A DNA stretch of 64,000 nt, taken from Thermodesulfovibrionales bacterium. Its GTDB lineage: Bacteria; Nitrospirota; Thermodesulfovibrionia; Thermodesulfovibrionales; CALJEL01. Below are positions 48,337-57,009 of the stretch, piece by piece. The notes under the pieces were generated by a model. That model searched no databases and had not been told where the DNA came from. It saw only the letters and a program-made list of their open reading frames with translations. Numbering within the stretch: position 1 is the first letter of the stretch; each line of letters opens with the position of its first letter. The stretch is from assembly GCA_026417875.1 (NCBI GenBank), contig JAOACK010000003.1:11923-75922 (forward strand), written 5' to 3'. Position numbers and translations under genes: made by a program.

Positions 48337-48436
48337 GGAAAATTAACATTTTATTTGATTTATTCTTTATCCTTAGGCTAAAATTTTACAGGCTGTCTTT
48401 AGAGGGCGGATTATTGATTAATAATAGGAGGTATTT

Positions 48437-49033
48437 ATGAAGAGATTATTAATATTATTACTTTCTGGATTCGTTGTCCTGGGTTTATCTATTACAAAGG
48501 TTAATGCTCAGGACGCCGGAGAGCTTGGCATCAAGCTCCAGAGTATAAATTTTGAAGACATCTCTGACAGCAAGGCCTATGCCTCTGTTTTTGGCTACAT
48601 CAATACTGCACCAAATGCAGCAATAGGTTTTGAGATCGGAACAGCGAATATAGAGGATGAAACTTATTATATCCTTGGCAATCGTTACGAGGAATCTATT
48701 GATTTCACACCAATTGAGGTGAATCTCAAGCTCCGGGCAAAATCCAGGGGGGAGACAGGTTTTGAATTGGATCTCGGTGGAGGTGTTAGCTATAATGTCC
48801 TGAACTATGAACTTTATATAAATAATGTTAAAGTAGCTGATGAGAATAAGAATCTCTTTGGCTGGCAGGCCTTTGTATCAGGAAAGTATTTCTTCACACC
48901 GCAGAGAGCCAGTTTTGGAATCTTTACCGGCTTTGAGATTAAATACCAGTGGGTTGATTCTTTTACGGAATATGGAGAGGAGATAGACCTCTCAAATACA
49001 AGATTCGGTCTTGAGCTCGGTGTTATGTTCTGA
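48437..49033 (+). CDS. Outer-membrane beta-barrel protein (OmpW/porin-like)
   Basis: Signal peptide MKRLLILLLSGFVVLGLSITKVNAQ, alternating amphipathic strands and a terminal aromatic residue (...LELGVMF). Confidence 0.7.
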   Translation: MKRLLILLLSGFVVLGLSITKVNAQDAGELGIKLQSINFEDISDSKAYASVFGYINTAPNAAIGFEIGTANIEDETYYILGNRYEESIDFTPIEVNLKLRAKSRGETGFELDLGGGVSYNVLNYELYINNVKVADENKNLFGWQAFVSGKYFFTPQRASFGIFTGFEIKYQWVDSFTEYGEEIDLSNTRFGLELGVMF

Positions 49034-50642
49034 TAAAGGAGCCTGGCAGGCCGTTAGAGCAGAGCAATCTTTAAAAAGGAAAACCTTCTATTATCTTCTT
49101 TTACTATTCTTCTGCTCTGCTCTAACTGGTTGCAGGATTGAGCATGAGATAAGGGAACGAGAGTCCATAAGGGTTGGAACCCTTGCAGATGCAAGGATGC
49201 TCCTGCCCCTTTTTGCCTCTGATAGTGCCTCTGCTGAAATAAGCAGTCTTATATTCAATGGTCTCACAAAATATAACAAGAATATTAAACTAGTAGGTGA
49301 CCTCGCAGAATCCTGGCAAATTAAAAATAATGGTAGAGAAATTATCTTTCACCTTAGAAGAAATGTGAAATGGCATGATGGAAGAGAATTTACCTCAAGA
49401 GATGTGCTCTTTACCTACAGGGCTGTTACAGATCCCAAAAATCCTACTCCCTATGGAGGAATATACGGTCCTGTTGATAGGGTTGAGGCTATTGATAAAT
49501 ACACTGTGAGGGTTATATATAAAGAACCCTTTGCACCAGCACTTGAATCATGGTCAATGGGGATACTGCCAGCCCATCTTCTTGAAGGAAAAGATCTTGC
49601 AAAGAGTGAACTTAACAGGGCGCCAGTTGGAACAGGTCCTTATAGATTTAAAAGATGGATTACAGGTCAGAGGATTGAACTTGAGAGATTTGATGATTAT
49701 TTTGAGGGAAGACCAAATATTAAGAAATATATAGCAAGGATAATCCCTGATATGTCTACCATGTTTCTGGAATTGAAGTTTGGTGGTATCGATTACATGG
49801 GACTGACACCGGCCCAGTACAAACTGAAGGCTGATACAGAATATTTCAAAAAGCGATTCCAGAAATTCAGATATCCTGCTTTTGGTTATACCTATCTTGG
49901 ATTCAATCTACTTGATGAAAGGTTCAAGGAAAAGAGGGTAAGGCAGGCTATTGCCTATGCTATTGATAAGGACAAGATAATAAGAGGGGTGCTTCTTGGA
50001 TATGGCAGACCCTGTACAGGTCCTTTTCCGCCTGATTCATGGGCATATAATAAAAAAATTAAAGGTTATCCATATGATCCAGCAAAGGCACTGGAACTCC
50101 TTATGGAAGCTGGATGGAAGAGAGGAGATGATGGGATATTGAGAAAAAATGGTGTACCCTTTAAATTCACTGTACTTGTAAATCAGGGAAATACACAGCG
50201 ACTCATGGCTGCCCAGATAATCAAGGAGGATCTTAAAAAAATAGGTATTGAGATGGATATCAGGGTCCTTGAGTGGCAGACCCTCCTGCATCAGTTTATT
50301 GATAAAAGGGCCTTCGAGGCAGTGATAATGGGATGGGCTCTTTCAAGAGATCCTGACATTTATGATATATGGCATTCATCAAAGACAAGAGAGGGTGAGT
50401 TTAATTTTATATCTTACAGAAATCCAGAGGTTGACAGCCTGCTTCTCAAAGGAAGGACAACTCTGAATATAGAAGAAAGAAAGAAGATTTACTGGAGGAT
50501 ACACGAAATATTACATGAGGATCAACCCACTGTCTTTTTATATGTACCTGATGCCCTTCCTGTTATCCATAAAAGATTTAAAGGAATAGAACCATCACCA
50601 ATCGGTATATGGCATAATTTCATTCACTGGTATGTGGAATAG
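49011..50642 (+). CDS. ABC transporter substrate-binding protein, family 5 (peptide/nickel type), probable lipoprotein
   Basis: Lipobox LLLLFFCSALTGC and an SBP_bac_5-like body (WHDG..FT..DV.FT...). The start is uncertain: only TTG 49011 or GTG 49020 are in frame, and both lie inside the upstream gene. Confidence 0.8.
   Translation: MSSVLCSDKGAWQAVRAEQSLKRKTFYYLLLLFFCSALTGCRIEHEIRERESIRVGTLADARMLLPLFASDSASAEISSLIFNGLTKYNKNIKLVGDLAESWQIKNNGREIIFHLRRNVKWHDGREFTSRDVLFTYRAVTDPKNPTPYGGIYGPVDRVEAIDKYTVRVIYKEPFAPALESWSMGILPAHLLEGKDLAKSELNRAPVGTGPYRFKRWITGQRIELERFDDYFEGRPNIKKYIARIIPDMSTMFLELKFGGIDYMGLTPAQYKLKADTEYFKKRFQKFRYPAFGYTYLGFNLLDERFKEKRVRQAIAYAIDKDKIIRGVLLGYGRPCTGPFPPDSWAYNKKIKGYPYDPAKALELLMEAGWKRGDDGILRKNGVPFKFTVLVNQGNTQRLMAAQIIKEDLKKIGIEMDIRVLEWQTLLHQFIDKRAFEAVIMGWALSRDPDIYDIWHSSKTREGEFNFISYRNPEVDSLLLKGRTTLNIEERKKIYWRIHEILHEDQPTVFLYVPDALPVIHKRFKGIEPSPIGIWHNFIHWYVE
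49053..49126. repeat. 14-bp perfect inverted repeat with a 46-nt spacer across the 5' end of the binding-protein gene
   Basis: GTTAGAGCAGAGCA (49053-49066) and TGCTCTGCTCTAAC (49113-49126). Confidence 0.9.
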
Positions 50643-50649
50643 ATATTTT

Positions 50650-51192
50650 TCAATCATTCTTTTTTATTTCACACTTCACGCCCTCAAAAGCATATACAAT
50701 CCTTTTTTCTCTCTCAAGTTTCTCCTCAGGAAAGGGTATTGGTACTAAATCCTTCATGTATTTCAGTAGTTCTTCCTTTGAAGGCAGATCCTCTAATCTT
50801 TCTCCCCTGAGCCTCCCTGAAGGTACGTCGAGAAGTCTTAATCTCTCACCATCAGTGACTGCTGCAAAAGGTATCTGGTGTTCTTTTATAACTCTTGCAA
50901 AGGCAAGGACATATCTCTCCCATGATTCTATTGATGTTGGAGCACATCTAATCAGGACCGCCTCCCTTCCACCAGCCTTTATAATGAAGTCAATGGATAT
51001 CTTTATACTGCAATCACTGAGTGGTAGTTCAAACTCGGGGTCAACAATTATGTCCTCTCTTGAGAATCCCCTCTCCTTTATGAGAAATTCCCATGTCTTC
51101 ATCCTTATACCACTTAACTGAATCAGTTCCAAACTTTCTTCTGCTGTTATTCTCTCTTTTATTAACTCTTCTCTTGAGACTTTATTCTCCAA
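50650..51192 (-). CDS. Hypothetical cytoplasmic protein (possibly a degenerate HsdR-N/PD-(D/E)xK-like fold)
   Basis: 180 aa. Overlaps the livF stop by 11 nt. The strand pattern IKISIDFIIKAGGREAVLIRC resembles nuclease-fold cores but lacks a clear ExK. Confidence 0.35.
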   Translation of the reverse strand: MENKVSREELIKERITAEESLELIQLSGIRMKTWEFLIKERGFSREDIIVDPEFELPLSDCSIKISIDFIIKAGGREAVLIRCAPTSIESWERYVLAFARVIKEHQIPFAAVTDGERLRLLDVPSGRLRGERLEDLPSKEELLKYMKDLVPIPFPEEKLEREKRIVYAFEGVKCEIKKND

Positions 51193-51877
51193 GATAGGCC
51201 CTCCTTAATTCTTCGTTCTTGAGAAGTTCAGAACCGGTCCCTTCCATTCGCAAAGTTCCGTTTTCTAACACATAAGCCCTTGATGATAACTTAAGAGCAG
51301 CCTTTGCATTCTGCTCCACTAGAAGTACTGTTACACCCCGGGAATTTATTTTTTTAATTATAGAAAATATCCTCGTGACCATTATTGGTGAAAGACCTAA
51401 GGAAGGCTCATCAAACATTATAAGCTCTGGCTCTGACATTAGAGCCCTTGCGATTGCAAGCATCTGCTGTTCTCCTCCACTGAGTGTTCCAGCTACCTGG
51501 TTTCTCCTTTCCTTTAATACCGGAAAGAATTCAAAAAGCTCCTCAATTAATGAAGCAGAAATTTTTTTTGTAAAGGCTCCGAGCTCAAGATTCTCTGCTA
51601 CTGTCAGATTGGAAAATATCCTCCTTCCTTCCGGTACAAGAACCAGCCCTTTTTTCATAACCTCATGGGCCGGAAGACCTGTAATATCCTGTCCTTTGAA
51701 AAGTATTCTTCCCGAGGCAGGTCTTACTCCTCCTGCTATGCTCATAAGGGTAGAGGTTTTTCCTGCTCCATTTGCACCAATAATTGAGACGATCTCGCCC
51801 TCTTTCACAGAGAGGTTAATACCTCTCACAGCTTTTATCGGTCCGTAGCTTACATGAAGGTCAGTGACCTCAAGCAT
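51182..51877 (-). CDS. livF: Branched-chain amino acid ABC transporter ATP-binding protein
   Basis: Walker A GANGAGKTS and signature LSGGEQQML. I chose the ATG at 51877 (MLEVTDLHVSYG), which overlaps the livG stop. Confidence 0.9.
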   Translation of the reverse strand: MLEVTDLHVSYGPIKAVRGINLSVKEGEIVSIIGANGAGKTSTLMSIAGGVRPASGRILFKGQDITGLPAHEVMKKGLVLVPEGRRIFSNLTVAENLELGAFTKKISASLIEELFEFFPVLKERRNQVAGTLSGGEQQMLAIARALMSEPELIMFDEPSLGLSPIMVTRIFSIIKKINSRGVTVLLVEQNAKAALKLSSRAYVLENGTLRMEGTGSELLKNEELRRAYLGE

Positions 51878-52637
51878 GGATCTCCTTTCCCAGATAGGCT
51901 TCAATCACAAGAGGATCGTTCTTTACCATATCTGGTGTTCCTTCTGCTATTTTCACGCCATGATCTAGAACCACTATCCACTCAGATACTCCCATCACAA
52001 CTCTCATATCGTGTTCAATCAGTACTACTGTTTTCCCAATCTCTTTTAATCTTTTTATAATGTCCATCATCTCCGAGCTTTCCTGGGGATTCATTCCAGC
52101 AGTAGGCTCATCAAGAAGTATTACCTCAGCCTCTGTAGCCAGTGCCCTTGCTATCTCAAGCCTTCTCTGACTTCCATAAGGCAATTCTCCTGCGAGTTTT
52201 TCGAGTTCTTCATGAAGGTTTACGAATTCAAGATATTCATAAGCCTTCTGTAAAATCGCCTCTTCCTGTTTTAAGAAATTTTTTCTTTTTATAAAAATAG
52301 AAAATATATTTTGGCTGTAAGAGTTATGCTGAGCTACAAGAACATTCTGAAGGACTGTCATCTCCTTAAATAACCTGATATTCTGGAATGTCCTGCTGAT
52401 ACCTGCCTCTGCTATCTTATGGGGTGGCAGACCCACTATATTTTTCCCCCTGAAGAGTATCTCTCCCTTTGAGGGTTTTGTAAGACCTGTTAGGCAATTA
52501 AAAAGGGTGGTCTTTCCGGCTCCATTCGGTCCAATTATTGAAAAAATAGCATTCTCCCTGATTCTGAAAGAAACCTCCTCCAGAGCAGCAAGTCCCCCAA
52601 AATACTTTGTAAGGTTTTTAAATTCTATAATATGCAT
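51870..52637 (-). CDS. livG: Branched-chain amino acid ABC transporter ATP-binding protein
   Basis: Walker A GPNGAGKTT, the LPYGSQRRLEIARAL signature and LLDEPTAGMNP. Confidence 0.9.
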   Translation of the reverse strand: MHIIEFKNLTKYFGGLAALEEVSFRIRENAIFSIIGPNGAGKTTLFNCLTGLTKPSKGEILFRGKNIVGLPPHKIAEAGISRTFQNIRLFKEMTVLQNVLVAQHNSYSQNIFSIFIKRKNFLKQEEAILQKAYEYLEFVNLHEELEKLAGELPYGSQRRLEIARALATEAEVILLDEPTAGMNPQESSEMMDIIKRLKEIGKTVVLIEHDMRVVMGVSEWIVVLDHGVKIAEGTPDMVKNDPLVIEAYLGKEIHA

Positions 52638-52689
52638 ATTCCTTTCTACAACATCCTCTCTAAATCAAACTTATTTACAAAAGGTTATG

Positions 52690-53793
52690 TTAAGCCTTTT
52701 TCAAAAGGCTCCTTGAGCCCACTATCCCCTGTGGTCTGAATATCATCATAAATATAAGCCCTGCTCCAAGAAATATCATCCTGAACTGTTCAAATTCCCT
52801 AAGTACCTCAGGAAGTGCTACAAGTATAACTGCGCCAATTACCGGTCCGGCTATTGTAGCCTGGCCACCGAGTATTACCATCGCCACTATGAGAACTGAT
52901 TCTAAAAAAGTAAAACTCTCCGGAGAGACAAATCTCATCTTTGCTGCAAATAGCTGTCCTGCCAGTCCTGCCCAGAAAGCACCAAAGACAAAGGCATAGA
53001 GTTTGTAAAGAAAGGTATTTATTCCCATTGCAGAGGCAGCTATCTCATCATCCCTGATACTCATCCATGCCCTCCCAGCCTTTGAATTAATGACCTTCTT
53101 AATTAAAAAAACTGTTAAAAATACAAAGAAGATAACAAGATAGTAAAATTCTGTAACACCGTTTAATTCAAATCCCAGTACGGATGGACGTTTAATTCCT
53201 GGTATTCCATTTGGACCATTTGTGAGGCTAACCCAGTTATTAAGGACTATCCTTGTTATCTCTCCAAATCCCAGTGTAACAATGGCAAGATAATCACCCC
53301 TTAATCTCAGAGCAGGTATTCCAAGAAGAAACCCTGCTATAGCGCTCAATGTTACTGATATTGGAAGGCAGAGCCAGAATCCAATATTAAGCCCTGTATT
53401 TAGCAGGGCATAGCTGTAGGCGCCAATAGCATAGAAGGCTGCAAAACCGAGATTAAGAAGTCCTGTGTATCCAACCATAATGTTCAGCCCGAGGGCAAGG
53501 ATTATATATATTCCTGCAAGGACTGCCACATCTATTACATAAGTACTGGCAAAAAGCGGAATAAGAAGGCTGATAATCAGGATGAAATAGATATTGAAAA
53601 TCCCTGAAAATTTTTTTATAAAAAGGAAATCCTTCTTTTTTTCTTGAAAATAAGAAAATTTTTTAAAAAAACTCCAGAGAATTTCTATGCCAAGAATAAC
53701 ACCTGATATTGCTGTAGCAGTCTTCATGCCTGTAAAAGGCAGGGATAAAAGGCCAAACCATAGAGGTGGCATAAACCACTTCAAGGACCTCAT
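52690..53793 (-). CDS. livM: Branched-chain amino acid ABC transporter permease
   Basis: Polytopic permease with GYTGLLNLGFAAFYAIGAY. Confidence 0.88.
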   Translation of the reverse strand: MRSLKWFMPPLWFGLLSLPFTGMKTATAISGVILGIEILWSFFKKFSYFQEKKKDFLFIKKFSGIFNIYFILIISLLIPLFASTYVIDVAVLAGIYIILALGLNIMVGYTGLLNLGFAAFYAIGAYSYALLNTGLNIGFWLCLPISVTLSAIAGFLLGIPALRLRGDYLAIVTLGFGEITRIVLNNWVSLTNGPNGIPGIKRPSVLGFELNGVTEFYYLVIFFVFLTVFLIKKVINSKAGRAWMSIRDDEIAASAMGINTFLYKLYAFVFGAFWAGLAGQLFAAKMRFVSPESFTFLESVLIVAMVILGGQATIAGPVIGAVILVALPEVLREFEQFRMIFLGAGLIFMMIFRPQGIVGSRSLLKKA

Positions 53794-54692
53794 ACCTTCT
53801 CCTCCACGGTTCTTCTAAACAGGCCTGATGGTCTTATAAGAAGGATGATTATCAGTACAATAAAGGCATAGGCATCCTTGTATTCACTTGATATATAACC
53901 TGCGGCAAGACCCTCTATGAGACCAAGAAGAATTCCACCGAGCATTGCACCAGGAATGCTTCCTATCCCTCCGAGCACAGCAGCAGTGAACGCCTTAATA
54001 CCCGCTATGTAGCCCATGTAATAATTAATCAGGCTGTAATAAAGGGTGACCATAAATCCTGCAATGGCAGCAAGGGCAGAGCCTATTATAAAGGTCATGG
54101 CTATTATTCTGTCAGGATTGATTCCCACAAAGGATGCCATGAGTCTGTCCTGTGCTACAGCCCTCATTGCCTTACCAGTCTTGGTCTTTAAGATAAAGAG
54201 ATTGAGCAGCAGCATGATTAGTGTTGAGCCAATTATTATGGTAAGCTGGACAGCTGTAATCCTTGCTTCTCCTATCGTAATTCCTTTATCAGAAAAGAGT
54301 GAAGGAAATACCTTATAGGTAGCTCCCTGGGTAATCATTACAAAATTCTGAAGAAATATTGATACACCTATGGCACTTATAAGAGGACTGAGCCTTGGAG
54401 CGCCTCTTAATGGCCTGTAGGCAATCCTTTCAACAGTAGCTCCATAGGCTGAGACAAAAAGTACAGAAACCACGAGGCTGAGGAGCAAGCTCAGCAGTAT
54501 GGAGGCCTCTGTGAATTTTGCACCTGTAAATATGGCAAAGGTGATTACTGTCATATAGGCACCGAGCATGTATATCTCACCATGGGCAAAATTTATAAGC
54601 TGAAGTATTCCGTAGACCATGGTGTATCCTAAGGCTATGAGGGCATAGACATAGCCGAGGGTTAATCCGTGTATGAGCTGCTGGAGAAACAT
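53790..54692 (-). CDS. livH: Branched-chain amino acid ABC transporter permease
   Basis: LINFAHGEIYMLGAY motif. 4-nt overlap with livM. Confidence 0.9.
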   Translation of the reverse strand: MFLQQLIHGLTLGYVYALIALGYTMVYGILQLINFAHGEIYMLGAYMTVITFAIFTGAKFTEASILLSLLLSLVVSVLFVSAYGATVERIAYRPLRGAPRLSPLISAIGVSIFLQNFVMITQGATYKVFPSLFSDKGITIGEARITAVQLTIIIGSTLIMLLLNLFILKTKTGKAMRAVAQDRLMASFVGINPDRIIAMTFIIGSALAAIAGFMVTLYYSLINYYMGYIAGIKAFTAAVLGGIGSIPGAMLGGILLGLIEGLAAGYISSEYKDAYAFIVLIIILLIRPSGLFRRTVEEKV

Positions 54693-54697
54693 ATTTT

Positions 54698-56137
54698 TTA
54701 CTGTGAGAGTTTTTTCTTTAAAATTTCATTAACAATCTGCGGTGATGCCTTTCCTTTTGTAAGCTTCATCACCTGTCCGACAAAGAATCCCAGCAGTTTA
54801 TCCTCTCCTTTTTTATATCTCTCAACTTCCTTTGGAGAATTTTTAAGGACCTCCTCAATTGCCTTTTCTATGAAGGATTCATCTGTGATCTGAACAAGAC
54901 CCTTTTCCTTTACTATATCATCAGGAGATCTTCCTGTTTTATATACCTCCTCAAATACTGTTTTGGCTATCTTTTGAGACACTATGCCCTCGTCAATCAA
55001 TTTAAGAAGCCTTACAAGAGATTCAGGTTTTACAGGACAATCATCAAAGCTTCTGCCTTCCTCATTAAGGAGTCTTGAAAGTTCTCCCATTATCCAGTTT
55101 GCCACTGCCTTTGGCTGGGCACCAAGACTTACTGCCTTTTCAAACCACTCAGCCATGCTGAGTTCCTGAGCCAAAAACTGGGCATCATAAACCGGAAGGC
55201 CATATTCTTTAATAAATCTCTCCTCTTTATGATCTGGCAGTTCTGGAAGGGTTTTCCTTACCTCCTCTATAAATTCCTTAGATAACTCCACTGGTACAAG
55301 GTCTGGTTCAGGAAAGTATCTGTAATCATGAGCCTCTTCCTTTGACCTCATGGACTGGGTTGTCTCTGTCCTTGAGTCCCAGAGCCTTGTCTCCTGTATG
55401 ACCCTGCCTCCCTCTTCAAGAACCCTTATCTGCCTCTCTATTTCATATTCAATTGCCCTCTCGACGAATCTGAAGGAGTTTATATTTTTAATCTCTGTCT
55501 TCACTCCAAATTCAGTGCTTCCCGCAGGTCTTACCGAGACATTGGCATCGCATCTAAGGGAACCCTGCTCCATATTTCCATCACATACACCAAGATATCT
55601 GAGAATCTGCCTAAGCCTCCTCATGAAATAAGCTGCCTCTTTCGGGCTTCTGATATCAGGCCTTGTTACAATCTCCATAAGGGGGACACCTGCCCTGTTA
55701 AGGTCAACAAGGCTGTAATCACCATCATGGATATTTTTACCTGCATCCTCTTCAAGATGAATCCTGATAATTCCAATCCTTCTCCTTATGCCATCAACCT
55801 CTATATCAAGATAACCATCTTCACAGAGGGGTAATTCATACTGGCTTATCTGATAACCCTTTGGCAGATCAGGATAAAAATAATTCTTTCTTGCAAACCT
55901 GCTGTAAGGTGATATCCTGCAATTTAAGGCAAGGCCTGTTTTTACAGTATAGAGTACTGCTTTTTTATTAAGAACAGGCAGGACTCCTGGCATTCCAAGA
56001 CAGACGGGACAGACCTGTGTATTTGGCTCTGCACCGAATGTTGTTGGGCATCCACAGAATATCTTTGAGCCTGTTAGAAGCTGGGCATGAATCTCAAGCC
56101 CTATTACAGCCTCGTACTGAGTTTTTCCTTTTGCCAT
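54698..56137 (-). CDS. gatB: Asp-tRNA(Asn)/Glu-tRNA(Gln) amidotransferase subunit B
   Basis: [13 protein letters not shown]...KIFCGC and [13 protein letters not shown] motifs, plus the C-terminal YqeY-like domain. Confidence 0.95.
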   Translation of the reverse strand: MAKGKTQYEAVIGLEIHAQLLTGSKIFCGCPTTFGAEPNTQVCPVCLGMPGVLPVLNKKAVLYTVKTGLALNCRISPYSRFARKNYFYPDLPKGYQISQYELPLCEDGYLDIEVDGIRRRIGIIRIHLEEDAGKNIHDGDYSLVDLNRAGVPLMEIVTRPDIRSPKEAAYFMRRLRQILRYLGVCDGNMEQGSLRCDANVSVRPAGSTEFGVKTEIKNINSFRFVERAIEYEIERQIRVLEEGGRVIQETRLWDSRTETTQSMRSKEEAHDYRYFPEPDLVPVELSKEFIEEVRKTLPELPDHKEERFIKEYGLPVYDAQFLAQELSMAEWFEKAVSLGAQPKAVANWIMGELSRLLNEEGRSFDDCPVKPESLVRLLKLIDEGIVSQKIAKTVFEEVYKTGRSPDDIVKEKGLVQITDESFIEKAIEEVLKNSPKEVERYKKGEDKLLGFFVGQVMKLTKGKASPQIVNEILKKKLSQ

Positions 56138-56379
56138 AAGACCTCTACCCGCAGAATAAAGTAAGCTATTATAACAGATTTTGTTCTGAGAGCACGGTAT
56201 ATCATTATTTCAATATTTCAATCCAAAGATTTAACGTGGTGGAGGGTCTATAATTTCATCTTGAAAATCTGCGAGAATAAATTAAAGAAGACTCACTTCA
56301 ACAATCAGCTATGCCTGTCTTATAAATCAGGATTTCCTATTGCACTCAATATTTAAAAATTTATTTTTAAGACCCTGTG

Positions 56380-56727
56380 CTAATACTCATCATATTTTTT
56401 TGCCATTCCCTTCACAATATCTGCCGGATATTTCTTCTCATTGATCTCAATCTTCTCCATTGCTGCCCCGACAGGATCAATTCCGAATTTATCTGCCAGT
56501 TTTGTCAGGTATATCATCACATCTCCTATCTCCTCTTTAAGTTGCTGGATTTTTTCAGGACTGAGTGCATAACTCTCCTCTTCCGTTAGCCATTGAAAGA
56601 GCTCCACTATCTCCGATGCCTCAACACTCAGGGCCATTGAAAGATTTTTTGGAGAATGAAATTTTTCCCAGTCTCTCTCCTCTGCAAAGGTTCTTAATCT
56701 CTTGATAAGTTCATGCATATCTTGCAT
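56380..56727 (-). CDS. MazG-type nucleotide pyrophosphohydrolase domain protein
   Basis: FAEERDWEKFHSPKNL...LSVEASEIVELFQW and EEIGDVMIYL motifs. Confidence 0.85.
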   Translation of the reverse strand: MQDMHELIKRLRTFAEERDWEKFHSPKNLSMALSVEASEIVELFQWLTEEESYALSPEKIQQLKEEIGDVMIYLTKLADKFGIDPVGAAMEKIEINEKKYPADIVKGMAKKYDEY

Positions 56728-56815
56728 AAAGAAATCGTTTTAAGTACCCATTGTTTTCTATCAAATGGGCATTTTATCCTTCAAATTTCCAGTAAGAGTT
56801 AGCAATTTTAATGGT

Positions 56816-56840
56816 TTTATTTTACAGCCTGTAAAATAAA
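56816..56840. promoter_or_regulatory. 25-bp perfect palindrome in the mazG/bamA divergent intergenic region
   Basis: TTTATTTTACAG-C-CTGTAAAATAAA with 12-bp perfect arms. Confidence 0.35.
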
Positions 56841-57009
56841 TTGTCAAAACAATTCTGCATCTACCTCGAGAACATAGGGTATAAATAAGGCAGGCTATAC
56901 ACCAAAAATATAGGAGCCCTTTTTATCAGTTTTTTGAAGCCCGGAATATAGCCAGAAAATCGCACTCTCCTTCCAGCTGGCTTCTGTGGCTTATTAGTTA
57001 TGTTATACT

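Noticed and set aside
51375-51848. 157-aa plus-strand ORF antisense to livF, plus similar antisense ORFs across the window (e.g. 44593-44979, 47313-47681, 50756-51121, 30175-30660)
   Set aside because: They have low-complexity Ser/Pro/Leu-rich translations typical of antisense frames of AT-rich genes, and each lies fully inside a well-supported gene.
13070-56727. Possible defence island, suggested by dGTPase, NUDIX, MazG, Mrr-like and HsdR-N-like genes
   Set aside because: These genes are scattered over more than 40 kb and each is embedded in a housekeeping operon. There is no integrase, tRNA, transposase, methyltransferase partner or compositional break. dgt, NUDIX and mazG are common housekeeping nucleotide-sanitising genes.
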